Positions 27,340-39,318 of a stretch of 64,000 bases of DNA are shown in pieces. How positions within the stretch are numbered: the first letter of the stretch is position 1; each line of letters begins with the position of its first letter. Below the pieces are notes generated by a model. It was given only the letters and a program-made list of their open reading frames with translations, did not search any database and had not been told where the DNA came from. The stretch comes from Epiperipatus broadwayi (taxonomy: Eukaryota; Animalia; Onychophora): NCBI GenBank assembly GCA_028023455.1, contig JAQFVV010000006.1, positions 1,984,001 through 2,048,000 of the forward strand. Reading direction: 5' to 3'. The position numbers were made by a program, and so were the translations under genes.

Positions 27340-27545
27340 ACCACCACATTCTTTTGAAATCATATGAATAAAGATATAATAAAAGACATTTTCCGAGATG
27401 CATTTTGTATTGAACCAGCATTCATCAGTTGGCCTTGGTCATCATCTCATATATGTCTTTGTCATATGTATGGTACTTATCAATAATAAATTGTCTTATT
27501 TTGATTGACAAGTGCCAAACTTACTCCACCCTCAATTTTGACATC
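27340..27545 (-). mobile_element. Hammerhead-bearing repeat, family A
   Basis: Minus strand: GCCAA-CTGATGA-atgctg(gtt)caatac-AAAA-TGCAT-C-TCGG; flanks homologous to 2200-2290 and 27755-27780. Confidence 0.7.
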
Positions 27546-27785
27546 ATTCACTCTAGACAAATACAGTATAGTAATGATTATCGCTAATCATTTATTAAAC
27601 TTGAAATTGTCTCCAGGCCAGATATAAACTTTACACCTCAGTTAAAAATTAATGTATATATATATGATTTTTTTAATTAAACATACACACTTGGAGTTAC
27701 TCATATTTCACTTTCCCATGTATAATATCTTTTATAAATATATTAAATAACCTCCATACATTCTTTTGTAATCACATGAATATTA

Positions 27786-27879
27786 TGGTCGAGAGGTCAG
27801 CGCGACTGCCTTGCACTTGCATGCAGTTGCCCGGGTTGCGGGTTCGTGTCCCGGCCGATGCTATGACACTTAAAAAAAA
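27786..27879 (+). mobile_element. tRNA-Gly-derived SINE, young subfamily
   Basis: A box TGGTCGAGAGG, B box GGTTCGTGTCC, tail gatgctatgacac and poly(A); about 4 mismatches to the 50920 copy. Inserted inside a family A hammerhead repeat. Confidence 0.9.
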
Positions 27880-27884
27880 GATGA

Positions 27885-27945
27885 CATCAAAGATGCAGTT
27901 CATGCTGAACCAGCACTCATGATTTTGGCACAGGTCACCATCTGT
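27885..27945 (-). mobile_element. Hammerhead-bearing repeat, family A, decayed
   Basis: Minus strand: gccaa-aatcATGA-GTGCTG(gtt)CAGCAT-GAAC-TGCATC-TTTG. Confidence 0.6.
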
Positions 27946-29539
27946 TATATATATATATCCTTATATGTATAGTTAATTTTTTCTGGAGGGAAGAAATTCC
28001 TGTCCATTTGGGGGAATTTTTATCTGTTTTCCTATTTTTAAACCCTTAAAAAAATTGATCAGGAAAATCAGCTCCTAGACCCCACATTAGGAAATAAACA
28101 TACTAGTTGCAATGTATCTTTTAGCCATTTTTTCTACATCACTATTTAAAATTACATTGTGTTACAATATTATGTATCACCAGAATCAGATAACATATGA
28201 CTAGTTAGTTTTTACCTCTTGTATGTTGAGCACATTTAATCATGGAGAATTTACATTAAAAATAAAAATTTTCTCTGTGGAAATGCAAAGTTTTTGTTCT
28301 CCACAATGAATTGTTTCCACAAAGTGATGACCTATACTACAACCACATCAGTCAGTTTAAAAGCAACTTATACCACTAATATTTTATTCCAATCTTCGGT
28401 TATAGTATTATGGACAAAGATGCCGCTCGATGGCACTGTTATCACGCTAAAACTAAAATATGAACATTCCCAGGCCATTGATTTTAATCATTTTGATGTG
28501 TTTTTTGTAATGCGAAAATAAAAAATATCAAAATCGTGTTTTTTAAATATTTTTTTTTTTATTAACGTATACAAATTAAATGATAACAATAAATGTAAAA
28601 TAAAATCAACAAATTACAATTTAATTCGCGTTTTTTTTGCTTTATTAGAAAAAACAATTTTCAATGTGATTTTTTTTTTTTTGAGGTTACGCCTTTTTTG
28701 TTGTTGTTGTTTAAAAACTCATAATCGGAATAAAAAGTAAAAGTTCTTAGTTTTCGTTTTACATTTTAATTTTTACACAGAAACAGATATTATTGTGTTA
28801 CCACTATTTTTCACTGTCTTAGTCTTCATTTTATATTTTAATTTTTACAGACAAACAGATATTATTATTGTGTTACCGCTATTTTTTACTTCAAATATAA
28901 TGACAACAAAAAGTAAAAGTTGTTAGGTTTAGGGTTAGTTCTGTTGTTTGTAAATCACAGAATCAAACAAGATGTGCGATTTCCTGCACCCTTATTGTTA
29001 GTCTCGTGGAATGTTACGAACAGTACATTACTTGATGCATTACCTAATTCCAACTGCCTTTACACATCTATCTGGACAAGATTTTGCCACTTAAAACTTC
29101 AATACAGAATGGTGTAAAGAGTCTGATAATTATTAATTAAGAAAATCGGAATATTTTAATACTTTAAAAAAAAAATTCAATTAAAATCACATTTCCATCA
29201 AATTCAAATATACACACTCTCACACCAAGACGTAATCATTGTATGAAGTGTTGCGAATTCGTCAAATTTATTTGCTGCAATGTGACATACATGCTGTACT
29301 GCATAGCGGCCTGCAATCTGTAGCACAACAATAAAAGTTGTATTATAGGAAATGCGGGTTCGAATGTGTTGGCCGTGGACCCAATCTTCCAATAATTTCC
29401 AATCTCATTTGTGTGGTGGCACTTGTTAGCCACAAATATTCACACGATATAGGTCTTTCTTAATTTTATCATTATTTTTAATAAATATATATTTTAATAT
29501 TTTTTTTACAGATTGTCATTACAATAAGTGAAGAGTATG

Positions 29540-30790
29540 AAGAATGTTCTGAATATTTTAGAAAAGATAAAAATAATGAATCCACTTGTTGCCAGATACA
29601 CTCCAATACTTTGCAAAGCATCATCATTCAACGGTTTATATAGGAACCTATTATACACTCATGAAATGAAAAGGAAAAACAGTCTAAATTAAATAATGAT
29701 GTGTCTTCATCTTCTAAGAGACAAACAACAACTTTATGTCATGGGACTGGGTTTAGATGCAACTGTAACAAATTAGCGGCCTTAGTGAGATAAGTGTGTT
29801 TATTAGAAGTTTCACAAGCAAAGGACTGCAATTGCCAAGAAGTCTATCTTTACTTATGACACTAATACATAATTATTATTGTAAAGTGAAGCAAATGGAC
29901 ATTCACCAAAAATTGAAAGTATTCATATATGATAATAAAAATTCAGTATTTCAATAGATGAGTGAACCACTTGCAAGAATTGCAGATATGTGAATGTTCT
30001 CATATACTGCAATGAGACATCTATGAACCTTCGTTTAATAAGACTGCTTGTGAACTGTCCTGTGGAAAAAATATTATCCTTGCTTCAGGAAAGGGAGAAA
30101 ACTTCCAGTTAAAATATGAATGTGGTGCAGTTGCAATTACTAATGATGATGCAGCTGTTGCAGGAAAACCCAGAAAATTATCAATGACTATTCAACAGTT
30201 CTGATAAAACCATGCATCACATATAGCTGTAACAAAAGTATTTTATAGAAACTTGAAAAGTGAAGCATCAGTGACTTGTAGCAGTGATAGTGAATTCAAG
30301 ATAGATTCTGAATACGATAAATATGATGATAGTGATTCTGAGTTAGATGGTATGGCCCGAGCTAATTGGTATGATTTGCAAAATGGTCTTTCTTTGGAAA
30401 TTAGCAACAGGCAAAGAATTGTGAAAATATTTAAATATTCTACAATAAAAAGTTTTCTTTTGCAGTAAGAACTAAACTGACATGGAAAATGGGAAGTAGA
30501 TATCATTTTGGACTGCAAAGCACACTGGAAAGAATGGAAGAGATATTGTTAGATTGAAAATCTGATTAAGGCCGTTTTACAAGAGCTGAAACTGTATCAC
30601 TTATGGAAAGAAAAGCATTATTAAATATTGAGAGATATGTTGAATTGCTTAGGACCTATAAAATTAGCAGTTGAAACCGTAAGCAATAGAGTAGCTAATA
30701 TTCTCATAAGGGAAGAAATTTTTAAGTTCCTGTTCAATAATTTAGAAAAACAGAATTCTTCAGTGAGGGAAATAAAAATTTAAATTCATT
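29540..30790 (+). pseudogene. Decayed hAT transposase with BED zinc finger
   Basis: EYFRKDKNNES.C (BED-like), DE*TTCKNCRYVNV (DEW motif), AITNDDAAV, NHASHIAVTKVFY, IILDCKAHW, CLGPIKLAVE; many stops and frameshifts. Confidence 0.8.
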
Positions 30791-30837
30791 AAACATAAGA
30801 AATATACATCTTATGTTTCTCACTAAGTACTTGAGCT

Positions 30838-32030
30838 TGATCTCCATATTCTGTGGTTTATGGGTCAGGAGTTCATGAGAAGCCAATTAAATTTGGGTCA
30901 TGATCTATAGACTTTGATCTCCAAAGTCTGTGACTTTTGTGTCAGGAGGTCATAAGAAGTTCAAACACTAGATGTAATTGAAGTGGAGTTGTGATCCATA
31001 GATCTCAGATGTAATTAAAGTGGAGTTGTGATCCATAGATCTTGAATCTCAAAGTCTGTGGCTTATGGGTCAGGAGTTTATGAGAAGTAATTAAATTGGG
31101 GTCATGAGCCATAAACCTTGATCTCAGAGTCTGTGGCTTATGTGTCAGGAAATCATAAGAAGTTCAAGCACCAGAAGTAATTAGAGTGGAGTGATTCCAG
31201 TCTGTGGCTTATGGATCAAGAGTTCATGAGAAGTAATTAAATTGGGGTTGCGATATATGGACCTTTATCACCAGAGTTTGTGGTTTATAGGTCATGGGTT
31301 TATGAAAAGTAATTAAATTGGGGTCTTGATTCATAGACTGTGATCTCTTGAGTCTGCGGCTCATGGATCAGGAGATCATAAGAAGTTCAAACATCAGATG
31401 TAATTGGAGTGGAGTTGTGATCCATAGATCTTGATCTCCAGAGTTTGTGGCTTATGGGTTAGGAGTTTATGAGAAGTAATTAAATTGGAATCATGATCCA
31501 TAGATCTCGATTTCCGGAATATGTGGCTTATGTATCAGATCATAAGTTCAAGCACCAGAAGAAATTAGAATGTAGTTGGGGAACCATAGTCTTTGATCTC
31601 CGGAATCTGTATATACATCAAGAGTTCATGAGAAGTAATTAAATTGTGATTGTGATCCATAGACCTTGATCACCAGAGTTTGTAATTTATAGGTCAGGGG
31701 TAATGAAAAGTAACTAAATTTGGGTCTTGATCCATAGACTTTGATCTCTGGAGTCTGTGGTTTATGGATCAGGAAGTCATAAGAAGATCAAGTACCAGAA
31801 CTAATTAGAGCAGGGTTGTGATCCATAAACCTCATCTCCAAAGTCTGTGGTTTATGAGTCGGGAGTTCATTGGAAGTTAAGAAGTGGAAGCAACAGAATG
31901 GAATCGTGATCTGTAGAGCTCTATCTACAGTGTCTCCAGTTTGAGATCATAAGGAGGTCAAACACGAGAAGTAGCAGAATAAGGTCACAATTCATAGACT
32001 TCGATCTCCAGAGTCTGCCAATTTGCTACT
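30838..32030. repeat. Tandem repeat of about 75- and 90-bp monomers with 5-monomer higher-order structure
   Basis: About 15 monomers beginning ttgatctcc.gagtctgtgg, in order S L S L S S L S L S S L, then degenerate. Confidence 0.9.
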
Positions 32031-32684
32031 TCACCGATCACCCAGAACATTTATCTATTTTATTCAACTGATTAAGAATATAAATAAAAAGTCTAAGATT
32101 AATTTTTATCTTTCGTTTTATTGGAAATTTATAGTATTTTTTTTTCTATTTATTTATTAGCTTTGAATTCAATTGCAAAAGAAGTTACTGTATCTTTGAA
32201 ACAATTTTGTTATAAAAATATTTATTTGATCTTTCAAATTTGGGTTATTTCTTATTAGATAAATTACAGTCTTAGAATCCGATAAGTTACAAAGTACATT
32301 TTTATTTGGAGATGAAAATATTATTTTAACAGCTGTTAAGTTGTCTCTTGCTCTCTGTGTAAACACGCTGTTTGAAGTGGAATTAATATAGCAATTGTTG
32401 AAGGTGTATCATTAGTTTGTTGAAAGAAAATCAGAATTCCATGTTTTGAAGCTTGTAAATCTAGCTTTCAATTTGTTCTATAAATAAAGTATAATGTCTA
32501 GTTTTAATAAAGATGTATACATTTGAAAAGTGTCAACTTTTCAAATTAATGGGAAAAAAGAAATGTAAAATAGCGGTCGATTGTGTTTGAAACACTCAAT
32601 AGTGTATGTGTGTGTATATATAATGACTCCATACCCTATTTGAATAAACTAGGAAAAAGTTTTCATAGCATTAGTACTATTTTC

Positions 32685-32925
32685 CCCTTTTTAATCTTAA
32701 TATCCATTTAATATTAGTCATTAAATGTTTGTTTATTAATTCCTAGCTGGAGTGTTGTATTAGGATGGAATATTGCTTAAATTCTCATCACTCAGCAACA
32801 GCATTAGGACTTCTCCCCCCCCCTTTTAATCTTCCTATCCATTAATATTAGTCAGTAATTGTCTGTTTATTAATTTCTAGCTGGAGAATTGTACAAAGAT
32901 GGAATATTGCTTGAATTCTCTCATC
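32685..32925. repeat. Tandem duplication, period about 135 bp
   Basis: ttttaatctt...atattagtca...ctagctggag...gatggaatattgctt.aattctc occurs twice. Confidence 0.75.
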
Positions 32926-33793
32926 CAACATTTGCTGGCCTAATGCCTATTGCTTTCTTTACTGTTCTTCTACATTGAGTCTGTTGGAAAAATCTGACCT
33001 TGCAGCACACTGTTTTATTATTTGATATAATATATATCAAGTTTATACCCGGCCTATAGAAAGGCCATTTGATTTTTTAATTGGTCAGCATAATAATTTT
33101 TTTTTAAGACTTAATATAAATTAACAAAAGATTTTAATATTATATAAATAAATGTGAGAAATGTACCTAGCATATGAAAAGGCTCTCGTTTTTGTAATAG
33201 TTTTTTTTTAATTGGTTGCTTTAACAGCAGTCATTATTACATCTGATTGGCTGTCAAATAAGCATTTTTAAGGTACTTCTGTCAAAGGTTTTAGCCTTGT
33301 ATGTTATTATTAAAGACTTAATGTAAATTAAACAAAAAATTATAAATTTTTGGGGAAAAATATTTTGAACAACCTGGCATGTTTAGTACATTTTAGAAAT
33401 GTTCCTTGCTGGGTACATTTTTGAACTGTACACAATAAATTAAAATATTAATAAAGCTAAATTAAAACTTACATTTTTAAATATACCTGTTATATTTGAA
33501 AAGTGTGTTGCATATATAGTTTTCTCTATAAATAAAATTGATACTTTGTTGTTAATTTGACAATATTATGGATGACAAACAAAATAATAAGATGATTTAC
33601 TGAAGTGCCCTCTAAATAAAAAAAAATCAGTGGGCATTCAAGTAAACCATTATGGACAAACATATATTCAGTCAACAGACAAAACAGACATTTTATATTT
33701 AAGGATAATAGAAAATATCCTAGTGCATATCGCTATTTGAAAATTCAAATACAAAATGTTTACATCACCCTTCCAAACATTATGTCTTTGTAG

Positions 33794-33897
33794 CAGCGCC
33801 CTCTGTGAATAAATAGAAAGTTTGAACTTCAAAGTATCCTTTCGAGTCACATTGTTTCAAGTTCAGACTTTATATTTATTCACAGAGGGCATTGCTG
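33794..33897. repeat. Small hairpin MITE
   Basis: gccctctgtgaataaata...tgaactt mirrored by aagttca...tatttattcacagagggc. Confidence 0.7.
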
Positions 33898-34017
33898 AAA
33901 AAATGTTTTAGGGATCTGAATATTTTATAATTGAAAATATACAGCTGAAAACAGTCTGGGAATATTGGATGAGTAGGCACTAGATAGGGATTTTATGCAC
34001 AAGCCTTCTGGCATCCA

Positions 34018-35283
34018 TTGATTACTCTGGTTGGCACGGGGTGGCACTACTATATGGAGAGTTTTGCCTTGTTTATTCCTGGTATTGTTTATAAGATTCC
34101 ATATAGTTGTGGTAAGTTTTATGTAGGCCAGAGTAAGTTTAGTCTTAATGAAAGGATTAAGGTTCATATAAGTAGAGTTAAACATAGGTTTCTTAATTCA
34201 GCTTTATATATTCATGAATTGAATACAGGTCTTAGAATATTGTTTAACAATGCTTCAGTTATTTTTTATGAAAAGACTGAGTTAAAAAGAAGAATAAAGG
34301 AGACTTTGATGATAAAACTTTTTGATTCTGAGGCAATCCATCTTATGAAGACTTCTTTTGATATTAAGGGAAGGTGGAGTTTGAAATGAATTATGAGAAA
34401 GTTTGTTTGTTTGTATATATATGTTAGTTCCTTTAGGTTGATTTTCACTTGAGGTCTATTTGTAGTAGATGAAATCATGGTTGTGTAAGAATTTTGGATT
34501 TAATCTAGTATTGTATTGTTTTATGGTTTTGCATATATATATATATAAAACCAAAACTGTCTAACACTATACTAGCAAAAAATAAAAATGCAAAACCATA
34601 AAACAATACAATACTAGATTAAATTCAAAATTTTACCAAAATCCTTACACAACCATGGTTTCATCTACTACAAATAAACCTTCTCAAGTGAAAATCAACC
34701 TAAAGGAAAACATATATATATATATATACAAACAAACAAACCTTCCCATAATTCATTTCAAATTCCACCTTCCCTTAATATCAAAAGAAGTCTTCATAAA
34801 ATTGATAGCCTCAGAATCAAGGAGTTTTATCATCAAAGTCTCCTTTATTCTTTTTAACTCATTCTTTTCATAAAAAATATCCGAAGCATTGTTAAACAAT
34901 ATTCTATGACCTGTATTCAATTCATGAATATATCTTAACTCAGCTTTATATATTCATGAATTAAATACAGGTCATAGAATATTGTTTAACAATGCTTCGG
35001 TTATTTTTTATGAAAAGAATGAGTTAAAAAGAAGAATAAAGGAGACTTTGATGATAAAACTCCTTGATTCTGAGGCTATCAATCTTATGAAGACTTCTTT
35101 TGATATTAAGGGAAGGTGGAGTTTGAAATGAATTATGGGAAGGTTTGTTTGTTTGTATATGTTTTCCTTTAGGTTGATTTTTACTTGAGAAGGTCTATTT
35201 GTAGTAGATGAAACCATGGTTGTGTAAGGATTTTGGTAAAATTTTGAATTTAATCTAGTATTGTATTGTTTTATGGTTTTGCA
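34018..35283. mobile_element. Penelope-like element 3' region in three copies (+,-,+) with GIY-YIG endonuclease remnant
   Basis: ORF 34018-34389 has GIVYKIPYSCGKFYVGQ...RIKVH...SALYIH...KRRIKE. Copies at about 34192-34533 (+), 34589-34927 (-) and 34932-35283 (+), each containing a hammerhead motif in its 3' part. Confidence 0.9.
35178..35229 (+). ncRNA. Minimal type I hammerhead motif, U3-A8 core variant
   Basis: ttttac-TTGAGAA-G-GTCTA(tttgtag)TAGAT-GAAA-C(CATG)GT-T-GTGTAA; stem III palindrome ACCATGGT. Sister copies at 34442-34490 (core deletion) and 34643-34694 (-). Confidence 0.65.
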
Positions 35284-36271
35284 TATATATATATTGCATA
35301 GCAACACAGATTAATTATAAAACAAAAGGTTAAGATTCAGTGTGATACTCAGTGATTATGTATATATTTAAATGTGTGTATCTAAAATATAGTAAAATCT
35401 TCATCATGATACCAGTTTGATTAATGGATAGCTACTTCACCTCTAATTGATTACTAGAAAAAGGAATCCATTTGCCTAAGGGTGACCCGGGTTCAGGAAC
35501 AAAGTGTTTTGTGATAGCTTAGTATCCATTTCTCCTCACTGCCCCTTTGACAGGATTCCCTATTCCGAGCAACTGATATATCCAGCATTCACAAGTTGAC
35601 TGGATGATGTAATTTGGAAAAACAATAAAAGAATACCGAGACACGATACCATTATTAAGTAACACAGTATTGGAATGTGGTCAAATGACCATAAATATTA
35701 AAGCCTTATCAACATTAATATATAGATATACGATTCCATATGTTATTATGCTAGGAATTCCATTATGCAATAATACCCCCCCCTCTTTTAAAGTCATTAA
35801 ATTAACTTATATGCAGGTATTATACCAGCATTTTATTTGTAGCATGATTAATCAAGAATTATCATTATTTAACTAATTTATCACACATAGATTTGGAAAA
35901 TATTGACTATATAAATATCACATGATCACCATTTTTTATGCTTGCTCAAGCTGTTAAAACAGGCAAAACTTTCCATAGAGTAGTGCCATTCAGTGCAAGC
36001 CAGAATAATCAATAGATGCCCAAAGGCTTGTGCATAAAATTCCTATCTAGTGCCTACTTATCCAATATCCCCAGACTACTTTCTAGATTGTGGCTTTCAT
36101 CATTGAGGAGTCTTGGATCTGAGAGGATGTGAAAAAGATTGCATGGTACCTCTCTATTACAAAAATATAAAAATAATAGACACATATAATGCATCTTTCA
36201 ATACATTATTGTTTAATAAGCATTTGGTTTGATTAAGTATAGATATGCATAATACCATTAGAAACCAGAAC

Positions 36272-36840
36272 CCACCTAAACCTATCAATGTAGATAGTAA
36301 TCAATATTTCTCACTGTTGTCAAGGCAACCTCTCTCCTTTTAATAATAAGAGTGGAAATCCACTCTTACTTATGGTCCAATGAATATATATGGACACTTA
36401 AAGATTACAACTTGACCACAGAGATTGAAATATTGATACAATGAAGTTTAAATAAACCTCTTTAAACATGAAATAAACATGTCCATGTAGGTGGTTACTG
36501 GTTTTTAATGGTTACATATCCTATTTAGCTTTAAACATTATTTCACTTATTTAAATAATATATGAGCAATTTAAAAGTATTGCAGTTTGTAATGTTATAA
36601 TTGACTATTTATTAGTCTTAATTACATGGACATGTTTTTTTTTTTCATGTTTAAAGAGGTTTATTTAAACTTCATTGTATCAATATTTCAATCTCTGTGG
36701 TCAAGTTGCAATCTTTAATTGTCCATATATATTCATTGAACCATTAGTAAGACTGGATTTCCACCCCAATTATTAAAAGAGGTTACCTTGACAACAGTGA
36801 GAAATATTGATTACTATCTATATTGGTATGTTTAGGTTGT
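36272..36840. repeat. Fold-back element with about 215-bp arms
   Basis: 36272-36489 is the reverse complement of 36623-36840; spacer about 130 bp. Confidence 0.85.
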
Positions 36841-36892
36841 TACTTATTATCCCATTTAGCTTTAAGCATTATTTCACTTATATATATAATAA

Positions 36893-38626
36893 TAACGATA
36901 ATAGACATTCGTTACATTGTTTTTTTTTTTAAAAATTTATTAAACATGAAAGTAAATTAAAAAGTTCGCATTTAAAAATTTTCTTTAAGAATTAAAAATT
37001 GAAATTAAATATCATCTTAAACTCTTATATATTAAATCGCACAGATAATGAAAAATTATTAAAATAAAAATTTATTAAAGAAAAAGTATTTTAAAACTAA
37101 ATTTTAAAAGATTTGGAGATGAAATTATATCTTTAAATTTATCTTTAAATATATTTTTGATTTAAAACAGGTTAATTAATCAGAAATGGAAATATTTTAA
37201 TTAGTTAAAAAACCACTCCATTTAAATGTAAAAACACCGGTCAGATAGAAAACAATAGAAACTGTTACAAATAAGAAAAATCCCTATGAATCGGACCTCA
37301 ACGAAAGAATCGCATCGATATAATTAAATCAACCTTCAAATAATATAAAAGGACATGTTGAAAATTATTAGTATTATGATTATAAGACAATAGATGTTAG
37401 TCAGGTCGGAAAGAGATTAAGGAACGTTCAATCCCTTCAGTTTTATAAAATGGAAAAATGAAAATCCTTTTCTATATTCAGAGGACCACAGATCATCGGA
37501 AATTAATCTGGATTTCAAACGCAAAACTGTAAAAGATGAAATTTCTAAAACGTAAGAACTTCTAAGATATATAACAATATTAATTTGAAAACACTAAGAA
37601 CTTTAAATTTTAAACTTCTATATTTAATTGTTACAAATAGAATCCTATCTGACAAACTAAATTCTTTATAATATTATTTAGTATTTTTTTTCTTATTTAT
37701 AAAAATTCCATTTATTTATTTTTTATTCTTTAATTTTTACATATTTTTTTTTTTTTTCATTAAATAATTATATAAATTTAAACTAATAATGTATAGATTT
37801 TAAGTATATTAGGAGAATTTAGTATTTTTGTAGATTGGGCAATGGATTATATATTATATTATAGATCGCAATCCACTCAAACCATCCCCCGTTTTATGAA
37901 GAATAAAGAATTTTATATTTTTTTTTTATTTTCTTTTAATAGAAAATATTCCTTCTAATGAAGCAATATCTTCTCTAATCTTTTTCCTATTCGTATACAT
38001 AATACATCGATTATCAAATGATCAGTTTGACGAATTTTCAAGTAAATAGGGAAGAATATTTTTATTTTCAAATCAAATCTATATACTTACCTAAATAAAA
38101 ATATAAATTTAATATATATAATCTAAATTTTCATATTTACAAAAATATAAATCAAAAAAATACCACAGACTAAATTATTTATTCACTTTTTATACAATAA
38201 GTATCTTATGAATATATTTAATAAATTTCCCTCCCAATTTCATAATCAATAATTTTATTTGATCTATTTACTTTAAATTTTACGAAATTAAACCGACTAT
38301 ATCAACATAAACAACTTCATAAATTTATCTCAACTAATAAAATAAAATAGAATAAAATAATTAAATTAAATAAACAAAATCAAATAAAAATAATAAATTT
38401 TGAAATGTAAAAGAATACTAAAATAATTTTAAACTATATATACATAAATAAATTTTATAATATCATATTTACTTTTTTTATATATCTCTTGATTATCTTA
38501 TTAAATCTCTGCTATTCCACTGAGCTGCAGGGTAAGACAACAAAATAAAAAAATTTTTTCTTCGTATCTGCCTCTTTTTTTTCTGGTTCAAATCCTGAAT
38601 GCCTGCGATCGTGTTGATCGTTACAA
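36893..38626 (-). mobile_element. Probable non-LTR retrotransposon remnant (copy 1)
   Basis: Poly(T) plus minus-strand AATAAA at the left end; tcgttaca direct repeat at both ends; weak RT-thumb-like YLGKYI...ILYS..GG on the minus strand at about 37850-38110. Confidence 0.45.
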
Positions 38627-39318
38627 CTGGCAACCAACTGGGGACTTTAATAAACCACAAAACCCTGAGCAAATTTTGTCAAAATGAAATATTTTATCTG
38701 GTTACATAAGTCGTATACTTGAAACTTATAAAAGCACTGCCAGAAAGAAATGGTATATATTAAACACGAGAAAGTATAAATAATTTTAAAACTATTTTTG
38801 TTAAAAAAAAACAAAGGTGCATGATAGTTTTGTTGTTGTAATATAAATTAGCTTTAAGGTGTATAGGAGCCACAGCCACATAAGTTTAGACGAAATGTGG
38901 GTTAGATGAGTACCTTCGGGAATTACTTCAGTGTAACCCTATGTATGCATTTAATCAGTCATAAATAGTTGGTGGTATTTATAATTGTGCTGCAAATATA
39001 CGTTTAAAACCTTATTTTTAAAACATATTTATCTCAATGCAACCTCCTAAATAAATTATTTATAAAATAACTTGCTTGTCATGCGTATGTAAAAATAAAT
39101 ATATAAAATAAAATAGAACTCTTGTGGGGAGGGGTTGTAAACGTAAATGGTCCTTAGGTAGCGATAGTCAACATTTTCTTTTTCTTTTTGTATATAGTCT
39201 TTTTGTAAAATTATTAACCGGATGTTTTGTAAATGTTTTTGTCAATCGTGTACTGTAATTACTAACCTAAGTAAAAGTTTTTTTTTTTGATATTTTTTTA
39301 AGCAACTTTACTGATATG

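Noticed and set aside
28919-28938. TTAGG telomere-like sequence
   Set aside because: Only about three imperfect units.
30838-32030. CRISPR array or repetitive protein
   Set aside because: Whole monomers repeat with no unique spacers, there are no cas genes, the context is eukaryotic, and no long ORF exists.
36893-38626. Mitochondrial insertion (NUMT)
   Set aside because: Very AT-rich, but no mitochondrial gene, rRNA or tRNA recognised; poly(A), AATAAA and terminal direct repeats suit a retroelement better.
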